Below, piece after piece: positions 62,301 through 64,000 of a stretch of 64,000 bases of DNA (position 1 is its first letter; each line of letters opens with the position of its first letter). This DNA comes from Thermoproteota archaeon (GTDB lineage: Archaea; Thermoproteota; EX4484-205; JAAOZP01): assembly GCA_038861395.1 (NCBI GenBank), contig JAWCDE010000002.1, positions 34,437 to 98,436 of the forward strand, written 5' to 3'. The notes below the pieces were generated by a model, which saw only the letters and a program-made list of their open reading frames with translations, did no database searches and was not told where the DNA came from. A program made the translations under genes and the position numbers.

Positions 62301-64000
62301 CTGCTAGGATGAAGGCTGAGCTCTCCGCAAGGTCCAGAGAGGCTCCGCAAGCATCCTTCAGAGCGATAACAGGGTCGTAAACATACGTCCTCAGCCTGTA
62401 CGGCTTGGCCTGAGTATAGCAGTCGTCCAGAGTTATCTTGCCCCAGTAAAGCGTAGCGTTAGCGTCTACGCTCCTGAAGCCACTGCCTACGGCCTCGCTA
62501 ACAGTGCTGCTCACGTTGACGTGGACCCAGTAGTCTTTAGCGGGCAGGAAGCCCCATTCAGGAAGGCTGCCGGAGGTTACTTTAACCTGCGGAGTAGCAT
62601 AGTATATCTTGCCCTCTTCACTTATCCTGTCGATTATCTCCCATCCCGCTGGGAACATCGCATTGTAGAAATTCGTCAAACTATCCATTATCTGGCGCAC
62701 CTGCCTCTCCTCCAAGCCTGCTTCAAGCAGGGCGCTGACATCGCTCTCCGAGAACACTCTCACGTAGACGTTGACGAGCGTGAAAGTGTCCTCGAAGTTC
62801 CTAGGCTCTATCGTAAGGTTGTAGAGCTTGAAGTACAGGTTTATGTTCCTCATGTTCCCGTCGAGCTTGATCGGCGCCTCCGGGTCGAGATCCCTCTCAA
62901 CACCCAGGTCGTCGACCAGCGTGACCCTGTAAGGCTTCATGAAGCTCATCTGCCAGCCTACGATGAAGTCGCTGTAATTACCCTTGGGCGCCTTAACAAT
63001 CTCAACCTTGCCGTTCGTAACAGCCTTGGGGCCGATGAGGCCTAGGCTGGGGTGCTTGAAGTAGAACGGCACCCAGGATATGTCGTCCTTCAGCTTGCCG
63101 CATGCGTCGAAGATCACGTGGAAGCCAAGCTCGTATATGGCGAGCGAGAAGTTATACTGGCAGCCGCCGTAAGGCGGTTGCGCAGCACAGCAATCCGGCC
63201 TCAGATGAGGCCCGTCGGTAACAGTGTCCAATACTAGAACGCCCTCGTACCATATCTTGAAGTCAGTCCAGCCGACTTCCCTGGTGGGAAGCCAGCCTTG
63301 GCCTCCGAAGCCTCCCGCTGCGCCACCGGATTGACTCATGGCTTCCCAGAAATCCTGGAAGTCTGTGCCAGCGATGCCGTAGGGGTCGAGCCTATCGTAG
63401 GTCACTGCCTCGGGGCCGACGTAGTACTTCATGTCAGGGAGGATTAGGAAGCCGTTTACACCCCACCACCAGACTGTCAAAGGCTCGCCTGACCTTGTGG
63501 CCCTGGTTGCGGGGAGCCATATCTGGGCTGCGAACTGTGTTGGCTGCTGGGGTAGCTCAGCCTGGCTCCAGAAGCTGACGCTCACCCAGGTCATCATGCA
63601 TTCAAGCGTCGGGTTTGCGAGAGCATCCACGTCTAATCCTCCTGGGTTAACCACAACGTCATCCGGTACCCAAGGCGAACCGTCGCCAGCCTCTTGCAAC
63701 TCGTCTACACCGTCTGTGAGGCTCAGGTTGTAGAAGCTCATGTGAACAGTGCTGAAGTGCCACTCAACGCCCACTGTCAGGTTTATCCAACCCGTCACCG
63801 GGATGGGGTACCTGAGCAAGTATCTTCCCGGGGCGACTCTCATGCCGGGTATTGAGTAGCCCTTCTTAGAACCGCTGTCGAAAGCGTAGACCTCTGCATC
63901 CATCGTCCACCAATTTTGGCCATTGCAGTCAGTTAGGTAGAGCAGTACCCATCTCACACTGGCCTCAACCAAGTGCGTTGCGTTAGGCGCTAAGTCACCA
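59326..64000 (-). CDS. very large surface (S-layer-like) glycoprotein candidate, N-terminus beyond window edge
   Basis: The frame stays open upstream of the TTG at 63972 to the window end. More than 20 N-x-S/T sequons are present. C-terminal repeated carboxypeptidase-regulatory-like beta domains include GTPLVGIPVEIKG...TDATGAVTASRIPAGTYDV and GQALEGASVRVKKG...TDKAGMASVELPAGSYTV. There is a C-terminal TM anchor FLLLIVMVIIIVLVLAIVI followed by RRKR. Confidence 0.75.
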   Translation of the reverse strand, partial: GDLAPNATHLVEASVRWVLLYLTDCNGQNWWTMDAEVYAFDSGSKKGYSIPGMRVAPGRYLLRYPIPVTGWINLTVGVEWHFSTVHMSFYNLSLTDGVDELQEAGDGSPWVPDDVVVNPGGLDVDALANPTLECMMTWVSVSFWSQAELPQQPTQFAAQIWLPATRATRSGEPLTVWWWGVNGFLILPDMKYYVGPEAVTYDRLDPYGIAGTDFQDFWEAMSQSGGAAGGFGGQGWLPTREVGWTDFKIWYEGVLVLDTVTDGPHLRPDCCAAQPPYGGCQYNFSLAIYELGFHVIFDACGKLKDDISWVPFYFKHPSLGLIGPKAVTNGKVEIVKAPKGNYSDFIVGWQMSFMKPYRVTLVDDLGVERDLDPEAPIKLDGNMRNINLYFKLYNLTIEPRNFEDTFTLVNVYVRVFSESDVSALLEAGLEERQVRQIMDSLTNFYNAMFPAGWEIIDRISEEGKIYYATPQVKVTSGSLPEWGFLPAKDYWVHVNVSSTVSEAVGSGFRSVDANATLYWGKITLDDCYTQAKPYRLRTYVYDPVIALKDACGASLDLAESSAFILAEPWEDGELFSKQQVDPTYSTYNAYLVRVNQSTNGRVTIHSVNASREGRDPDVYNVVTGNDAPFYPQQSRYLIGRSAGGVYGPWEVKESKPSYRMLVYWKGVLVYNESTVLNNPYESTENPLTTSVYPYVFYASNSPIEKADEFGIPNVRVAVFWAGLNLSYWPAKHLAYETAPTVFLELNNTKGQLSFDPAVVQLQWGPERAIDPFALEDITLDPLDPANSPYFSSQLFIVSGVTGNDGRFTVKIPVWNYSVIMGATTTPLFGTPVYANFTTIPGETPGIPEEDIVRMVATLEEVKYCTWEPYAMNATGRVNPATDVWKATGCVSLNTTTRDPADPYGGVGLLVGGDYQGRVGEDAVGCYALAHVHLPVNDLKIVVRNVFGIGLPNQKVTVVREPIYVRRDGERESIRGRESLLSDYTPTVPNEPGPDYYVLLLKSSLGRRLIWGIYNMTVRAENLTRGVSYSELRIDDPQFITVRLTAGEEEVGGVLRAIPWESGTCSLNWTALLKVSIVTEDGRPIEKAWVYVVDAYTGGNATAALTDREGNAATLYVGANKAPQTPSLYLAPGDRVFVGFNLLKGWYWVDENQTLTGEAVNPRWNMSVNNPPQPIGDRNIQTVTYGGKTDLARFYGKYYVIVYYKPQGCDVKGPYQAEVVFNSFTAEAQYQYIYLGIRPDLAVGTADTSTAQSKKYELKTIKDLRIEFRDAEGRPLSGVKAVASYRDPARGISWRLDVKVEGSTGVLEKVPLMSGTSYMVEAEWESLYTTKARTTATVKDLYSVITLPVYDVKLTLLSERGTPLVGIPVEIKGVKLGVTDATGAVTASRIPAGTYDVDATWLGTKLELPQLVVSSSAPQPLTAKNVYLLAVRVKGAQGQALEGASVRVKKGEVEVVARMTDKAGMASVELPAGSYTVEAKYGEWSASRDVNLNRNVTEELGVDVFMELFGVGMSLAQFLLLIVMVIIIVLVLAIVIHEYHIYRRKRLPQLFGAPAAPK

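Noticed and set aside
1-64000. CRISPR arrays, rRNA genes, transposases/IS elements, toxin-antitoxin pairs.
   Set aside because: I found no regularly spaced repeats of 24-40 bp, no rRNA-like conserved stretches, and no DDE/integrase-like ORFs while reading the window.

Overview
Archaeal chromosomal window, TACK/Crenarchaeota-like, called by motif recognition only (no BLAST/HMM/folding tools available). It holds CdvA, GatDE, Elp3, Nop5/fibrillarin, RpoP, eS8/eS26, an archaeal-type ThrRS and an intron-containing tRNA. Most of it is densely packed housekeeping genes. These include a replication island (Orc1/Cdc6-like, RFC-L, RFC-S, GINS, MCM, Hel308), canonical smc-scpA-scpB, several tRNA/rRNA maturation genes (Trm1, RlmE, Gar1, CCA enzyme, RNase Z, Trm-G10, ThpR, Elp3, Nop5, fibrillarin) and two aaRS genes.

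Observations that stand out:
1. purA is split inside its GDEGKGK P-loop codons by a 20-nt insert. The insert folds into a bulge-helix-bulge-like motif whose canonical cleavage positions restore the reading frame exactly, so it is a candidate mRNA intron.
2. A second, miniature SMC-like/kleisin-like/ScpB-like operon sits at the left edge, in addition to the canonical condensin genes.
3. A 161-aa mini-intein is inserted in the Walker A loop of SMC.
4. tRNA-Phe(GAA) carries two intron-like inserts.
5. A promoter-preceded 14-bp-stem hairpin lies between rpoP and the tRNA.
6. A catalytically degenerate Orc1/Cdc6 paralog heads the replication island.
7. A very AT-rich 630-bp gap is followed by a low-GC exported-protein/ABC island.
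8. A small protein resembles eukaryotic ribosomal protein L22e.
9. A 1-kb region between elp3 and nop5 has no convincing gene.
10. A GC-rich surface protein of more than 1550 aa, rich in sequons, runs off the right edge.

No CRISPR array, rRNA, transposase or integrase was seen.
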